From Labrys wisconsinensis (GTDB lineage: Bacteria; Pseudomonadota; Alphaproteobacteria; Rhizobiales; Labraceae): a stretch of DNA of 64,000 nt. Position 1 is the first letter of the stretch; every line of letters starts with the position of its first letter. Below the pieces are notes generated by a model. It saw nothing but the letters and a program-made list of their open reading frames with translations, did not search any database and was not told the DNA's origin. The translations under genes and the position numbers were made by a program. Positions 31,449-42,823 of this stretch are shown piece after piece. The stretch covers positions 637,785 to 701,784 of the forward strand of contig NZ_JAUSVX010000002.1 in NCBI RefSeq assembly GCF_030814995.1, written 5' to 3'.

Positions 31449-32552
31449 ATGAGCTGGCTTGCTCCCTGGAAGACGACCGTGGTGAAGGACAACGAGCGGG
31501 CTCTGATGAGCCGCAACGGGCGATTCGAGCGCATGCTCGGCCCCGGCCGGCACCGCATGCTCGATCCGAGCGGCGCGGTGACGGTCGAGGTCCTGCCCGT
31601 GGTCCGCGCCGAATTCCCGAGCGATCGGCACTCCGTTCTCGCACAGGTCGCCCCCGATCTGGCGGCGAGCCTGTTCGACGGGCAGCCCGTGCACTTCGTC
31701 GCGGCCAACAGCACGCGCGTATTCTGGAAGGCGATCACCCGGGTGGAGGCCGTGCGCATCGACGCCGGCGCCTCGCTCCGGGCGACGCCGGCGCAGCTCA
31801 AGCTCCTCGATCTCTCGCGCTCGCCGCTGGTGACGTCGGGCGTGGTCGAGCAGCACGAGGTCGGCCTGCTGTTCGTCGACGGCGTGCTGACCGAGACGCT
31901 CGCGCCGGGCCGCCACGCCTTCTGGGCGGTGAACCGGACCGTCGCCCTGCGCAAGCTCGACCTCAGGCCGCAGCTCGTCGAGGTGACGGCACAGGAGATC
32001 CTGACCCGGGACAAGGTCGCGCTGCGGGTGACGCTGTCGGCCTTCTACCGCATCACCGATCCGGCGCGGGCCGTGGCCGGCTCGACCGACGTGGCGACGG
32101 CGCTGTACCGGCTGGTCCAGTTCGCCGTGCGCGAGGCCATCGCCACCCGGTCCCTGGACGACATCCTGGGCGGGCGCGACAGCATCGACGCGCAGCTGCG
32201 GGCCTCGATCGCCGCGCGCACCGGCGACCTCGGCATCGTGGTCACCGAGCTCGGCATCAAGGACGTGATCCTGCCGGGCGAGGTGCGCGAGCTGATCAAC
32301 AAGGTGGTCGAGGCCGAGCGCACGGCCAGGGCCAACCTGATCCGGCGCCAGGAGGAGACCGCGGCGACGCGCTCGCTGCTCAACACCGTGAAGGTGATGG
32401 AGGACAACCCGCTGCTGCTGCGCCTCAAGGAGCTCGAGGCGCTGGAGAAGCTGGTGGAGAAGGTCGGCCGCATCGACCTGCACGCCAGCGACGGCCAGGG
32501 CCTGGACGCCATGCTCAAGGGCCTGTTCCGGCTCGAGCCGGCCAAGGGCTGA
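31449..32552 (+). CDS. SPFH/band-7 (stomatin/prohibitin-like) domain protein without an N-terminal TM helix
   Basis: 367 aa. The C-terminal two-thirds is a canonical SPFH domain plus coiled coil (...TRDKVALRVTLSAFYRITDPARAV...IVVTELGIKDVILPGEVRELINKVVEAERTARANLI...). The N-terminal ~150 aa are an unknown domain. Confidence 0.8.
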   Translation: MSWLAPWKTTVVKDNERALMSRNGRFERMLGPGRHRMLDPSGAVTVEVLPVVRAEFPSDRHSVLAQVAPDLAASLFDGQPVHFVAANSTRVFWKAITRVEAVRIDAGASLRATPAQLKLLDLSRSPLVTSGVVEQHEVGLLFVDGVLTETLAPGRHAFWAVNRTVALRKLDLRPQLVEVTAQEILTRDKVALRVTLSAFYRITDPARAVAGSTDVATALYRLVQFAVREAIATRSLDDILGGRDSIDAQLRASIAARTGDLGIVVTELGIKDVILPGEVRELINKVVEAERTARANLIRRQEETAATRSLLNTVKVMEDNPLLLRLKELEALEKLVEKVGRIDLHASDGQGLDAMLKGLFRLEPAKG

Positions 32553-32617
32553 GCGCACGGATATCGGCAGGACGGAGGCCCCGGCAGCGCAGCCGGGGCC
32601 TTTTCCGCATGGCCGCC

Positions 32618-33433
32618 CTATTGCGCGAGGAAGCCGCCGTCGACCGGCAGGGTGTGGCCGGTGATCATCGAGGCCCCCGGCCCGGCGAGGAACAGCATGG
32701 CCGCAGCCACCTCCTCCGGCTCGGCCAGGCGCCGCAGCGGCGTCATCGCCTCGATGCGCGCCACCAGCTCGGGCTGGGCCAGGAGCGGAGCGATGAAGGG
32801 CGTGCGCACGTAGGTGGGGGCCACCGCATTGACGCGGATGCCGTGCGGCGCCCATTCCACCGCCAGCGCCCGGGTCATGTTGACGATCGCGCCCTTGGTG
32901 GTCTGGTAGGAGATGTTGGGATAGAGCCCGCCGCCCGACAGGCCCATGATCGAGGCGGTGTTGACGATGGCCCCGCCCCGGCCACCGGCGATCATCGCCT
33001 TCGCTGCCGCCCGGGCGCAGAGGAACGCGCCGGTCATGTTGACGGCGACGACCTTGTCCCAGTCCTCCAGCGGCAGCTCGACCGCGGCGCGGCGCAGGGC
33101 GAGGCCGGCATTGTTGACGAGGATGTCGAGCCGGCCGTGCCGCGCCAGCACGGTGTCGACCGCCGCGTCCACCGCCGCCGGGTCGGCCACGTCGACCACC
33201 ACGGCGTCGGCCCGCCGAGGCCCGGCGTCGGCCCGCCGAGGCCCGGCCACGCTGGCGAGCACCTCCTCGCTCGCCTCGGCCCGGTCGGCGATCACCACCT
33301 CGGCGCCGGCCGCAGCGAAGGCCTGCGCCGTGGCGAGGCCGATGCCGCTGGCGCCGCCGGTGACGACCGCGACCTTGCCGGCAAGGCCGAAGGTCGCCGC
33401 GAGCGAGGAAGGTCCGTCCGGTGCGGCGGTCAT
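32618..33433 (-). CDS. SDR-family oxidoreductase (3-oxoacyl-ACP reductase-like)
   Basis: 271 aa, MTAAPDGPSSLAATFGLAGKVAVVTGGASGIGLATAQAF...NNAG...YQTTKGAI. The start at 33433 lies inside the long track ORF 32618..34675. Confidence 0.85.
   Translation of the reverse strand: MTAAPDGPSSLAATFGLAGKVAVVTGGASGIGLATAQAFAAAGAEVVIADRAEASEEVLASVAGPRRADAGPRRADAVVVDVADPAAVDAAVDTVLARHGRLDILVNNAGLALRRAAVELPLEDWDKVVAVNMTGAFLCARAAAKAMIAGGRGGAIVNTASIMGLSGGGLYPNISYQTTKGAIVNMTRALAVEWAPHGIRVNAVAPTYVRTPFIAPLLAQPELVARIEAMTPLRRLAEPEEVAAAMLFLAGPGASMITGHTLPVDGGFLAQ
33206..33247. repeat. Perfect 21-nt tandem duplication (GTCGGCCCGCCGAGGCCCGGC x2) inside the SDR gene
   Basis: Seen directly. Encodes an in-frame duplicated heptapeptide GPRRADA-GPRRADA. 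Confidence 0.6.
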
Positions 33434-33462
33434 GGGGAACTCCCGAAAAACGAGTCGGGGCG

Positions 33463-33490
33463 GACGATACATCGAAAAAAGCCCCGGCGA
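33463..33490 (-). terminator. Rho-independent terminator of clpX
   Basis: On the minus strand: GCCCCGG-TTCG-CCGGGGC followed by TTTTTTCGAT, 40 nt after the clpX stop. Confidence 0.7.
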
Positions 33491-33528
33491 ACCGGGGCTT
33501 CCTGGGATCGATCGTCGGTGCCGCGCGC

Positions 33529-34791
<1,263 letters not shown>

Positions 34792-35016
34792 GTCATCCCC
34801 CTTTCGGGCATTCCATCCGAGCGGAGCGTCCGCGTCACTTCTCCAACATATAAGGCGCTTATAATCGTTTCGAAACCTGTGTCGAACGACACGCGTCAGT
34901 CCGACGCGCCCAATATGCATTCCTGCATCGCAAATCGCGACACTTCGATCGTAGGTCCACGCTCGTCAATGGATCATGAACGATGATCCCGGACGAGCGT
35001 GGCATCGCAACCACAC

Positions 35017-35652
35017 TCAGGAGCGAGAAGCCTCGACCTCTTCGGGCCGCTTCTCCAGGACCTGGTCGACCAGGCCGAACTCCTTGGCCTGCTCGGCGTC
35101 CATGAAATTGTCGCGCTCCAGCGCCTCCTGGATCCGCTTGATGTCCTGGCCGGTGTGCCGGACATAGATCTCGTTGAGGCGCTGCTTCACCCGCCGGGTC
35201 TCCTCGGCGTGGATCAGGATGTCGGTGGCCTGGCCCTGATAGCCGCCCGAAGGCTGGTGCACCATGATGCGCGCATTCGGCAGGGCGAAGCGCATGTCCT
35301 TGGCGCCGGCCGCCAGCAGCAGCGAGCCCATCGAGGCGGCCTGGCCGACGCACAGCGTCGAGACCTGGCAGCGGATGAACTGCATGGTGTCGTAGATCGA
35401 CAGGCCCGCCGTCACCACCCCGCCCGGCGAGTTGATGTACATGGCGATCTCCTTCTTCGGGTTTTCCGCCTCGAGGAAGAGAAGCTGCGCCACGACCACC
35501 GACGCCATGTAGTCCTCGACCGGGCCGGTGAGGAAGATGATGCGCTCGCGCATCAGGCGGGAATAGATGTCCCAGGACCGCTCGCCCCGGTTGGTGCTCT
35601 CCACCACCATGGGGATCAGGTTGCTGTGCAGATAATCGACAGGATCTCGCAT
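35017..35652 (-). CDS. clpP: ATP-dependent Clp protease proteolytic subunit ClpP
   Basis: Product [47 protein letters not shown]..., with the catalytic Ser context [14 protein letters not shown] Shine-Dalgarno sequence. The track ORF extends 66 codons upstream. Confidence 0.95.
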   Translation of the reverse strand: MRDPVDYLHSNLIPMVVESTNRGERSWDIYSRLMRERIIFLTGPVEDYMASVVVAQLLFLEAENPKKEIAMYINSPGGVVTAGLSIYDTMQFIRCQVSTLCVGQAASMGSLLLAAGAKDMRFALPNARIMVHQPSGGYQGQATDILIHAEETRRVKQRLNEIYVRHTGQDIKRIQEALERDNFMDAEQAKEFGLVDQVLEKRPEEVEASRS

Positions 35653-35869
35653 CGATCGCTCTCCGGTGCTGCGAATGGCACGTTTCTTCCGATCCGGCGC
35701 GGACCGGGTCGCAGCGGCCAAGGAAAAATGGGCGCCTGAAATTACGAGCTCCGCGCGATTCGTGCGCGGCATCTCGCAAAAAACAAGGCGAGAGCGCCGG
35801 CTGGCGCCGACGCTCTCTCGCGACATGGGCGTGCGGCGGCCCGGCCGCAAGGGGGCCGGGGACGGCCCC

Positions 35870-37228
35870 TCAGCTCGCGGCCTCGTCCTCGTCGTCCTTG
35901 AGCAGCTCGTCCTTGGACACCGGCTTCTCCGTGACCTCGGCGAGCTCCAGGAGATAGTCGACCACCTTGTCCTCGAAGATCGGGGCGCGCAGCTCGGCCA
36001 CGGCCGCCGGGGTCTTGCGGTAGAACTCCCAGACCTGCTGCTCCTGGCCGGGGAACTGGCGGGCGCGCTCGACGACGGCGCGCGTCACCTCTTCCTCGCT
36101 GACCTGGATCTTGTTCTTCTCGCCGATCTCCGCCAGCACCAGGCCGAGGCGCACGCGCCGGGCGGCGATCTTGCGATAGTCCGCCTTGGCGGCCTCCTCG
36201 GTGGTGCTCTCGTCCTCGAAGCTGCGGCCCGAGCGCTTCATGTCCTGCTCGACCTGGGCCCAGACGTTGTTGAACTCCTGCTCCAGCAGGGTCGGCGGCA
36301 GGTCGAAGGCGAACTTGCCGTCCAGCGCGTCGAGCAGCTGGCGCTTGACCTTGCGGCGCGCGGCGGCGGCAAATTCGCGGCCGATGCTCTCGCCGATCAC
36401 CTCCTTGAGCTTGTCGAGCGAATCCAGGCCGACCGACTTGGCGAGCTCGTCGTCGATCTTGAGCTCGCCGGGCTGCTGCACCGCCTTGACCGTGACGTCG
36501 AAGGTGGCGGTCTTGCCGGCCAGCGTCTGCGACATGTAGTTGCCCGGGAAGGTCGCCTCGATCACCTTCTCCTCGCCGGCCTTGACGCCGACCAGCTTCT
36601 CCTCGAAGCCGGGGATGAAGGAGCCCGAGCCGAGATCGACCGAGATGTCGGTGCCGGTGCCGCCCTCGAAGGGCTCGCCGTCGATCTTGCCGACGAAGTC
36701 GACGATCACGCGGTCCTTGTCCGCGGCCTCGGCGCCTTCCGGCTTGTCGGTGTAGGCGAGGTTGCGGCGGGCGAGGCCCTCGAGCCGCTCCTGCACCTCG
36801 GCGTCCTCGACCTTGGCGACCGGCTTCTCGATCTTGATGCCGGAGAGATCGCCGACCTCGAAGCTCGGCAGCACCTCGACCGACACGGTCCAGGCGAAAT
36901 CCGCCTTGCCGTCGAGCACCGAGGTCACGCCCTCGTCGCCGCCCTCGAAGTCGAGCTTGGGCTCCATGGCGAGCTTGATGTGGTTGTCGTCGACGATCTT
37001 CTTGTTGGCCTCGCCGACCATGTTGTTGACGATGTCGGCCATCACCGAGCGGCCGTACAGGCGCTTGAGATGCGCGACCGGCACCTTGCCGGGCCTGAAG
37101 CCGTTGATGCGGACCTTGTCCTTCATCTCGGCGAGCTGGACGTCGGCGCGCGAAGCGATATCCGCGGCGGGCACCACGACCTTGAATTCCCGCTTCAGGC
37201 CTTCGGCCAGGGTTTGGGTGACGTGCAT
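35870..37228 (-). CDS. tig: Trigger factor
   Basis: Product [50 protein letters not shown].... The ATG was chosen inside the longer track ORF. Typical tig-clpP-clpX order. Confidence 0.9.
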   Translation of the reverse strand: MHVTQTLAEGLKREFKVVVPAADIASRADVQLAEMKDKVRINGFRPGKVPVAHLKRLYGRSVMADIVNNMVGEANKKIVDDNHIKLAMEPKLDFEGGDEGVTSVLDGKADFAWTVSVEVLPSFEVGDLSGIKIEKPVAKVEDAEVQERLEGLARRNLAYTDKPEGAEAADKDRVIVDFVGKIDGEPFEGGTGTDISVDLGSGSFIPGFEEKLVGVKAGEEKVIEATFPGNYMSQTLAGKTATFDVTVKAVQQPGELKIDDELAKSVGLDSLDKLKEVIGESIGREFAAAARRKVKRQLLDALDGKFAFDLPPTLLEQEFNNVWAQVEQDMKRSGRSFEDESTTEEAAKADYRKIAARRVRLGLVLAEIGEKNKIQVSEEEVTRAVVERARQFPGQEQQVWEFYRKTPAAVAELRAPIFEDKVVDYLLELAEVTEKPVSKDELLKDDEDEAAS

Positions 37229-37300
37229 AGCGTAGCGTCCCGACTCCGTGAATCTTGCATGCCCCTCATGCCCGGTCGTCCGACGACTGTCGCGGCATCG

Positions 37301-37385
37301 TGGTGCGGGCGGAGGGGCTCGAACCCCCATGACTTTCGTCACTGGAACCTAAATCCAGCGCGTCTACCAGTTCCGCCACGCCCGC
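37301..37385 (-). tRNA. tRNA-Leu (anticodon TAG), class II with long variable arm
   Basis: Reverse complement is GCGGGCGTGGCGGAACTGGTAGACGCGCTGGATTTAGGTTCCAGTGACGAAAGTCATGGGGGTTCGAGCCCCTCCGCCCGCACCA. Anticodon stem CTGGA/TCCAG, loop TTTAGGT. 72 nt upstream of tig on the same strand. Confidence 0.85.
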
Positions 37386-37541
37386 AAAGGGCTCCCGTCC
37401 GCGGAACCTGCGCCCCACGAAACGAGAGCGCGCATATAGCACGTCGCGCTGCCGGCGCAGCAAAAAAATCGACGGTCCCGTCCGCGCGCATCGCGCTACG
37501 GAATATGGCAGAGTGCATGTCCATTCCCCCGGAGGCTGCCC

Positions 37542-38792
37542 ATGCCGCGCGACCGCTCCGCCCCTGTCCTGTCGCGCCGCACGGTGCTGGGCATCGCCGC
37601 CCTCGCCGCGCTGCCCCGCGGGCCGGCGGCTGCGGCCGGGCCGGATCCGCTGGTGCTGACGGCCGCGCCCGCCGACCTGCGGCTCGACGGTCCCGAGCGC
37701 CCGCCCATCGCCGCCAGCGCCTATAACGGCGTGGTGCCCGGCCCGCCGATCCGGGTGCGCCGGGGCGGCGAGGTGTTCGCGCGCCTGGTCAACCATCTCG
37801 ACCGGCCGACCGCGCTGCACTGGCACGGCGTGCGGCTGGTCAACGCCATGGACGGCGCGCCGCCGCTGACGCAGGCGCCGGTCGCCCCCGGCGGCTCCTT
37901 CGACTATCGCTTCACCGTGCCGGACGCCGGCACCTTCCTCTATCATGCCGCCGGTGCCTCCGACCGCGACAGCGGGCTCTACGGCGTGCTCGTCGTCGAG
38001 GAAACGGAGCCGCCGCCGATCGACCGCGACATGGTGCTGGTGCTCGACCGCTGGCGGCCGGACGGGCGCCCGCCGATGGCGACCGTGAATTCCGAGCGAG
38101 ACACGGAGATCGCTCTTCGCCGCAACGAGAGGCTGCGGCTGCGCCTCGTCAACGCGGCTTCCGACAGTGTCGCGGCGCTGGCCTTCGCCGGCATCGGCCC
38201 CCTGGTGGTGGCGCTCGACGGCCAGCCGGTGAACGCGCCCTTCGCGCCGGACCGCCTTCGCCTCGACCTCGCCCCGGGCGGGCGCGCCGACGTCCTCATC
38301 GACGGCACCGCGGGCGACCTCGCCGGCATGGCCCTGATCGAAGGCTCGAACGTCGTCGAGATCGTCCGCTTCGTGCCGGCGCCGGGCAAGCCGGCGCGGG
38401 CCGAGGCCCTGCCCCCGCCCGCCCCGCTGCCGCGGGCCCTGCCGGCCCGCATCGACCTCGCCGCAGCACGGCGCGCCGAGCTCAAGCTGGACGCGCCGGC
38501 CGGGCCGGACGGCGCGCCCCTGCTGGCGGTGAAGCGCGGCACGCCCGTGACGCTGGCGCTGGTCAACGATACCGACGCCGTCAACGCGGTGCACGTGCAC
38601 GGCCACACGTCGCGGCTGCTGCATCCCCTCGACGACGGCTGGGAGCCCTATTGGCTCGACACCGTGCTGGTGCCGGCGGGCGAGACCGTCCACATCGCCT
38701 TCATCGCCGACAATCCCGGCCGCTGGCTGGTGGAATGCCGGGCGATCGGCCGTTCGGGGGCCGCCGGCAGCACCTGGTTCGAGGTGACGTAG
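37542..38792 (+). CDS. Tat-exported multicopper-oxidase-family (cupredoxin) protein with incomplete copper-ligand set
   Basis: 416 aa with a twin-arginine signal (SRRTVLGIAALAAL), HWHG and VHVHGH motifs, but no C-terminal HCH...H...GM type-1 copper motif. FtsP/SufI-like or degenerate MCO. Confidence 0.75.
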   Translation: MPRDRSAPVLSRRTVLGIAALAALPRGPAAAAGPDPLVLTAAPADLRLDGPERPPIAASAYNGVVPGPPIRVRRGGEVFARLVNHLDRPTALHWHGVRLVNAMDGAPPLTQAPVAPGGSFDYRFTVPDAGTFLYHAAGASDRDSGLYGVLVVEETEPPPIDRDMVLVLDRWRPDGRPPMATVNSERDTEIALRRNERLRLRLVNAASDSVAALAFAGIGPLVVALDGQPVNAPFAPDRLRLDLAPGGRADVLIDGTAGDLAGMALIEGSNVVEIVRFVPAPGKPARAEALPPPAPLPRALPARIDLAAARRAELKLDAPAGPDGAPLLAVKRGTPVTLALVNDTDAVNAVHVHGHTSRLLHPLDDGWEPYWLDTVLVPAGETVHIAFIADNPGRWLVECRAIGRSGAAGSTWFEVT

Positions 38793-38799
38793 GCGCCTC

Positions 38800-40299
38800 T
38801 CAATCGCCCCCTGCCCCGTCCTCGTCGGTTTCGAGCGCCTGCAGCACGCCGGGCAGCAGGTCCGGCAGGTCCTCGGCGATCAGCCCGCGCCCGAAGCGCT
38901 GCGCCGCGGCGCCGTGCATCCACACCGCGGCGCTCGCCGCCTCGAAGGCCGGCATGCCCTGGGCCATGAGGCCGCCGATCATGCCGGCGAGCACGTCGCC
39001 GGAGCCGGCGGTGCCGAGGGTCGGCGGAGCATTGTCGGCGATCGCGGCCCGGCCGTCCGGCGCGGCCACCACCGTGTCCGGCCCCTTCAGCACCACCACG
39101 GCGCCGGCGAGGCGCGCAGCGCGCAGCGCCCGCTCGCTCTTGCCGGCGCCCGGCTCCACCGCGCCGGCGAACAGCCGCGCGAACTCGCCGTCATGCGGCG
39201 TCAGCACCGTGGGCGTCGCGCTCGCGGCGACGCCGCGGAACAATCGCTCCGGGTCCGCGGCGAAGGCGGTGATGGCCCCGGCATCGAGCACCAGGGGCCG
39301 CGGCGCGGCGAACACCGCCTCGACCATGGCCCGCGTCTCCTCGTCGGGATCGAGGCCCGGCCCCATCACCACGGCGTTGCGGCGCGCATCCTCCAGGAGC
39401 CGCCCGAGGCCCGCTGCACCGTCGGCGCGACGCACCATCACGGCCTCGAGCGCGCCGGCGAGCACCATCAGGGCGCTCGAGGGGGCGGCGACCGTCACCA
39501 GGCCGGCGCCGATGCGCAGGGCCGCCCGCGCCGCCATGCGGGCGGCGCCGGTCGCCTCGATGCCGCCGGACACCGCGAGCGCGTGCCCGCGGCGATACTT
39601 GTTGCCGTCGACCGCCAGCACCGGGAAGGCAGGGCGCCACAGGGCCGGGACATTCAGGAATAGCCGGGGCGCGATCCGCTCCAGCACCGCCCCGGCGATG
39701 CCGATCTGGGCGAGGCGGACCGCGCCGCAATGCAGCCGGCCCGGCAGCAGCACATGGCCGGGCTTGCGGCGAAAGAAGGTGACCGTCTCCCCCGCCCGCA
39801 CGGCGATGCCGCGCACCAGCCCGGAGGCGCCGTCGATGCCGGAGGGCAGGTCCACCGCCACCACCGGCCGGCCGCCGCGGTTGACGCGGTCGATCAGCGC
39901 GGCCATCGCGCCAGCGACGTCGCGGGCGAGGCCGGCGCCGAGCAGGGCGTCGACGATGACGCCGGACGGGTCCAGCGGCGCGGCGAAGGCGTCCTCCACC
40001 GGCCCGCGCCAGCGGGCCGCCGCCAGCGCCGCATCGCCCCGGAGGGCATCGCGGGGCCCGGCCAGGGCGAGGCGGACGCGAAAGCCGCGCTCGGTGAGGA
40101 TGCGCGCGGCGACGAAGCCGTCGCCGCCATTGTTGCCGGGGCCGCAGAGCACCAGCACCGGCGTCGAGAGCGGGCGGCGGCCGACGACGTCGGCCACGGC
40201 CCGCCCTGCCCGCTCCATCAGCTCGATGCCCGGCGTGCCGGCGGCGATGGTCAGGCGGTCGGCCTCGGCCATCTCGGCCGGCGTCAGAAGCTCGTGCAT
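38800..40299 (-). CDS. nnr: Bifunctional NAD(P)H-hydrate repair enzyme (NnrE epimerase / NnrD dehydratase, YjeF family)
   Basis: 499 aa from MHELLTPAEMAEADRLTIAAGTPGIELMERAG.... N-terminal YjeF-N (GPGNNGGDG) and C-terminal carbohydrate-kinase-like domain (...GSGDVLAG...). Confidence 0.85.
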   Translation of the reverse strand: MHELLTPAEMAEADRLTIAAGTPGIELMERAGRAVADVVGRRPLSTPVLVLCGPGNNGGDGFVAARILTERGFRVRLALAGPRDALRGDAALAAARWRGPVEDAFAAPLDPSGVIVDALLGAGLARDVAGAMAALIDRVNRGGRPVVAVDLPSGIDGASGLVRGIAVRAGETVTFFRRKPGHVLLPGRLHCGAVRLAQIGIAGAVLERIAPRLFLNVPALWRPAFPVLAVDGNKYRRGHALAVSGGIEATGAARMAARAALRIGAGLVTVAAPSSALMVLAGALEAVMVRRADGAAGLGRLLEDARRNAVVMGPGLDPDEETRAMVEAVFAAPRPLVLDAGAITAFAADPERLFRGVAASATPTVLTPHDGEFARLFAGAVEPGAGKSERALRAARLAGAVVVLKGPDTVVAAPDGRAAIADNAPPTLGTAGSGDVLAGMIGGLMAQGMPAFEAASAAVWMHGAAAQRFGRGLIAEDLPDLLPGVLQALETDEDGAGGD

Positions 40300-40549
40300 G
40301 GCCCACCGTCTCCAAGAGGTCGCCGCCGGTCGCCGGCCGGGCAATGCCCGCGAAACGGCATCACCGGCCCCGACTCTGCCCAAAACGCGTGCGGCGCGCC
40401 GCCGCCTGCTTCACCCGGCCGCATCGGGCCGCATATTTTGTTGGCAGACAGCCGAAAGTTTGGGCAATCTGCTGGCCAGAAATGTGCCATCCATGACGTC
40501 GATCGGCATAACATCTTGATCTCGCCATCGATTTTTACCGTTGGCCGAT

Positions 40550-40565
40550 TGGCACGCGACCTGCT
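40550..40565 (+). promoter_or_regulatory. Candidate sigma-54 (-24/-12) promoter TGGCAC-N5-CTGCT upstream of glnB
   Basis: TGGCACGCGACCTGCT has GG and GC spaced 12 nt apart, about 50 nt upstream of the glnB ATG. glnB is known to be NtrC/sigma-54 regulated in rhizobia. Confidence 0.4.
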
Positions 40566-40606
40566 AACAGCGAGGGGGTTTCCTTGCGAAAATGCCGGGA
40601 AGCTGA

Positions 40607-40954
<348 letters not shown>

Positions 40955-41022
40955 AGCCAGGCTCCGTCGCGCGGCGTGGCGATCAAGACACTGTGCATGA
41001 ACTAGGGAAAGGTTTGCACACA

Positions 41023-42432
41023 ATGAAGACTGCCAAGGACGTCCTGAAGTTCATCAAGGACAACGACGTCAAATATGTCGACTTCCGCTTCACCGATCCG
41101 CGCGGGAAATGGCAGCACGTCACCTTCGACCAGAGCCTGGTCGAGGAGGAAACCTTCGCCGAAGGCACGATGTTCGACGGCTCCTCGATCTCCGGCTGGA
41201 AGGCGATCAACGAATCCGACATGTGCCTGATGCCGGATCCCACCACCGCGGTGCTCGATCCCTTCTTCTCCGCCTCGACGCTCTCCATCACCTGCGACGT
41301 GGTCGAGCCGACCACGGGCGAGCCCTATGGCCGCGATCCCCGCGGCATCGCCAAGAAGGCCGAGGCCTACCTGAAGTCCACCGGCATCGGCGACGCGGCC
41401 TATTTCGGCCCCGAGGCCGAGTTCTTCGTGTTCGACGACGTGCGCTTCAAGGCCGATCCCTACAACACCGGCTTCAAGCTCGACTCGGTGGAGCTGCCCA
41501 CCAACTTCGACACCGAGTACGAGGGCGGCAATCTCGGCCACCGCATCGCCAAGAAGGGCGGCTACTTCCCGGTGCCGCCGATGGATTCGGCGCAGGACAT
41601 GCGCTCCGAAATGCTCGCCGCCATGCAGCAGATGGGCGTCGTGGTCGAGAAGCATCACCACGAGGTCGCCTCGGCCCAGCACGAGCTCGGCATGAAGTTC
41701 GGCACGCTGGTGACCATGGCCGACCACCTGCAGATCTATAAGTACTGCATCCACCAGGTGGCGCAGACCTACGGCAAGAGCGCGACCTTCATGCCCAAGC
41801 CCGTCTACGGCGACAACGGCTCGGGCATGCATGTGCACCAGTCGATCTGGAAGGGCGGCAAGCCGGTTTTCGCCGGCAACAAATATGCCGACCTGTCGCA
41901 GGAATGCCTGTGGTACATCGGCGGCATCATCAAGCACGCCAAGGCGATCAACGCCTTCTCCAACCCGACGACCAACTCCTACAAGCGCCTGGTCCCGGGC
42001 TTCGAGGCGCCGGTGCTGCTGGCCTATTCGGCCCGCAACCGCTCGGCCTCGAACCGCATCCCCTACACCTCCAGCCCGAAGGCCAAGCGCGTCGAGACCC
42101 GCTTCCCCGATCCGGCGGCCAACCCCTATCTGTGCTTCTCGGCCCTGTTCATGGCCGGCATGGACGGCATCCTCAACAAGATCGATCCCGGCTCGGCGAT
42201 GGACAAGGACCTCTACGACCTGCCGCCGAAGGAGTTGAAGAAGATCCCGACCGTCTGCGGCTCGCTGCGCGAGGCGCTCGCCGCCGTCGACAAGGACCGC
42301 GAGTTCCTGAAGAAGGGCGGCGTGTTCACCGACGACTTCATCGACTCGTTCATCGAGCTGAAGATGGCCGAGGTGATCCGCTTCGAGCACACGCCGCATC
42401 CCGTCGAGTTCGAGATGTACTATTCCGTCTGA
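41023..42432 (+). CDS. glnA: Glutamine synthetase type I
   Basis: 469 aa from [32 protein letters not shown]... (AGGGAAAGG Shine-Dalgarno sequence). Adenylylation-site region ...NPYL.... The track ORF starts at an upstream GTG. Confidence 0.95.
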   Translation: MKTAKDVLKFIKDNDVKYVDFRFTDPRGKWQHVTFDQSLVEEETFAEGTMFDGSSISGWKAINESDMCLMPDPTTAVLDPFFSASTLSITCDVVEPTTGEPYGRDPRGIAKKAEAYLKSTGIGDAAYFGPEAEFFVFDDVRFKADPYNTGFKLDSVELPTNFDTEYEGGNLGHRIAKKGGYFPVPPMDSAQDMRSEMLAAMQQMGVVVEKHHHEVASAQHELGMKFGTLVTMADHLQIYKYCIHQVAQTYGKSATFMPKPVYGDNGSGMHVHQSIWKGGKPVFAGNKYADLSQECLWYIGGIIKHAKAINAFSNPTTNSYKRLVPGFEAPVLLAYSARNRSASNRIPYTSSPKAKRVETRFPDPAANPYLCFSALFMAGMDGILNKIDPGSAMDKDLYDLPPKELKKIPTVCGSLREALAAVDKDREFLKKGGVFTDDFIDSFIELKMAEVIRFEHTPHPVEFEMYYSV

Positions 42433-42456
42433 TCCTCTTGGATCGGACGTCTGAAC

Positions 42457-42487
42457 CGGCCGGGGCCTCTCGCCCCGGCTTTTTTCT
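42457..42487 (+). terminator. Rho-independent terminator of glnA (GCCGGGGC-CTCTC-GCCCCGGC-TTTTTTCTT)
   Basis: Seen directly, 25 nt after the glnA stop. Confidence 0.75.
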
Positions 42488-42498
42488 TGGGGGAGGCT

Positions 42499-42699
42499 CT
42501 ACGAGGCGACGCCCGCCACCGCCGGCGCGCCGGCCTCGTCGGGGACGGCGGCGAAGCGCATCATGTCGGCGGCGGCGTCGAACGGGTTGTCCGGCATCCC
42601 GGCCTCGTCGAGATCGAAGCATGGGCCGAACGCCTCCCCGGCGAGGACCGCGGCCTGCTGCAGCAGCGCCAGCTCCAGTTCGGGGTCGATCGGGGACAT
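42499..42699 (-). CDS. Small acidic hypothetical protein (66 aa)
   Basis: MSPIDPELELALLQQAAVLAGEAFGPCFDLDEAGMPDNPFDAAADMMRFAAVPDEAGAPAVAGVAS. A GAGGAG Shine-Dalgarno sequence lies 8 nt upstream. GC3-rich. Lies inside a longer spurious track ORF. Confidence 0.4.
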   Translation of the reverse strand: MSPIDPELELALLQQAAVLAGEAFGPCFDLDEAGMPDNPFDAAADMMRFAAVPDEAGAPAVAGVAS

Positions 42700-42823
42700 C
42701 GGTTCGCTCCTCGGTCGCATGCGGACCGCATGATGGCTCCGCATCCTTAACGAAGGCTGTTTTCCGCCGATTGTGACGGCGCTCGCGCCGATGTAAGAGC
42801 GGAGAGAACGGAAGGGACGCGCC

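Noticed and set aside
35820-35869. CCCGGCC-GCAAGGG-GGCCGGG hairpin downstream of tig considered as a terminator
   Set aside because: No T-run follows on the minus strand. It overlaps the clpP upstream region and tig-clpP are usually co-transcribed or closely linked, so it was not called.
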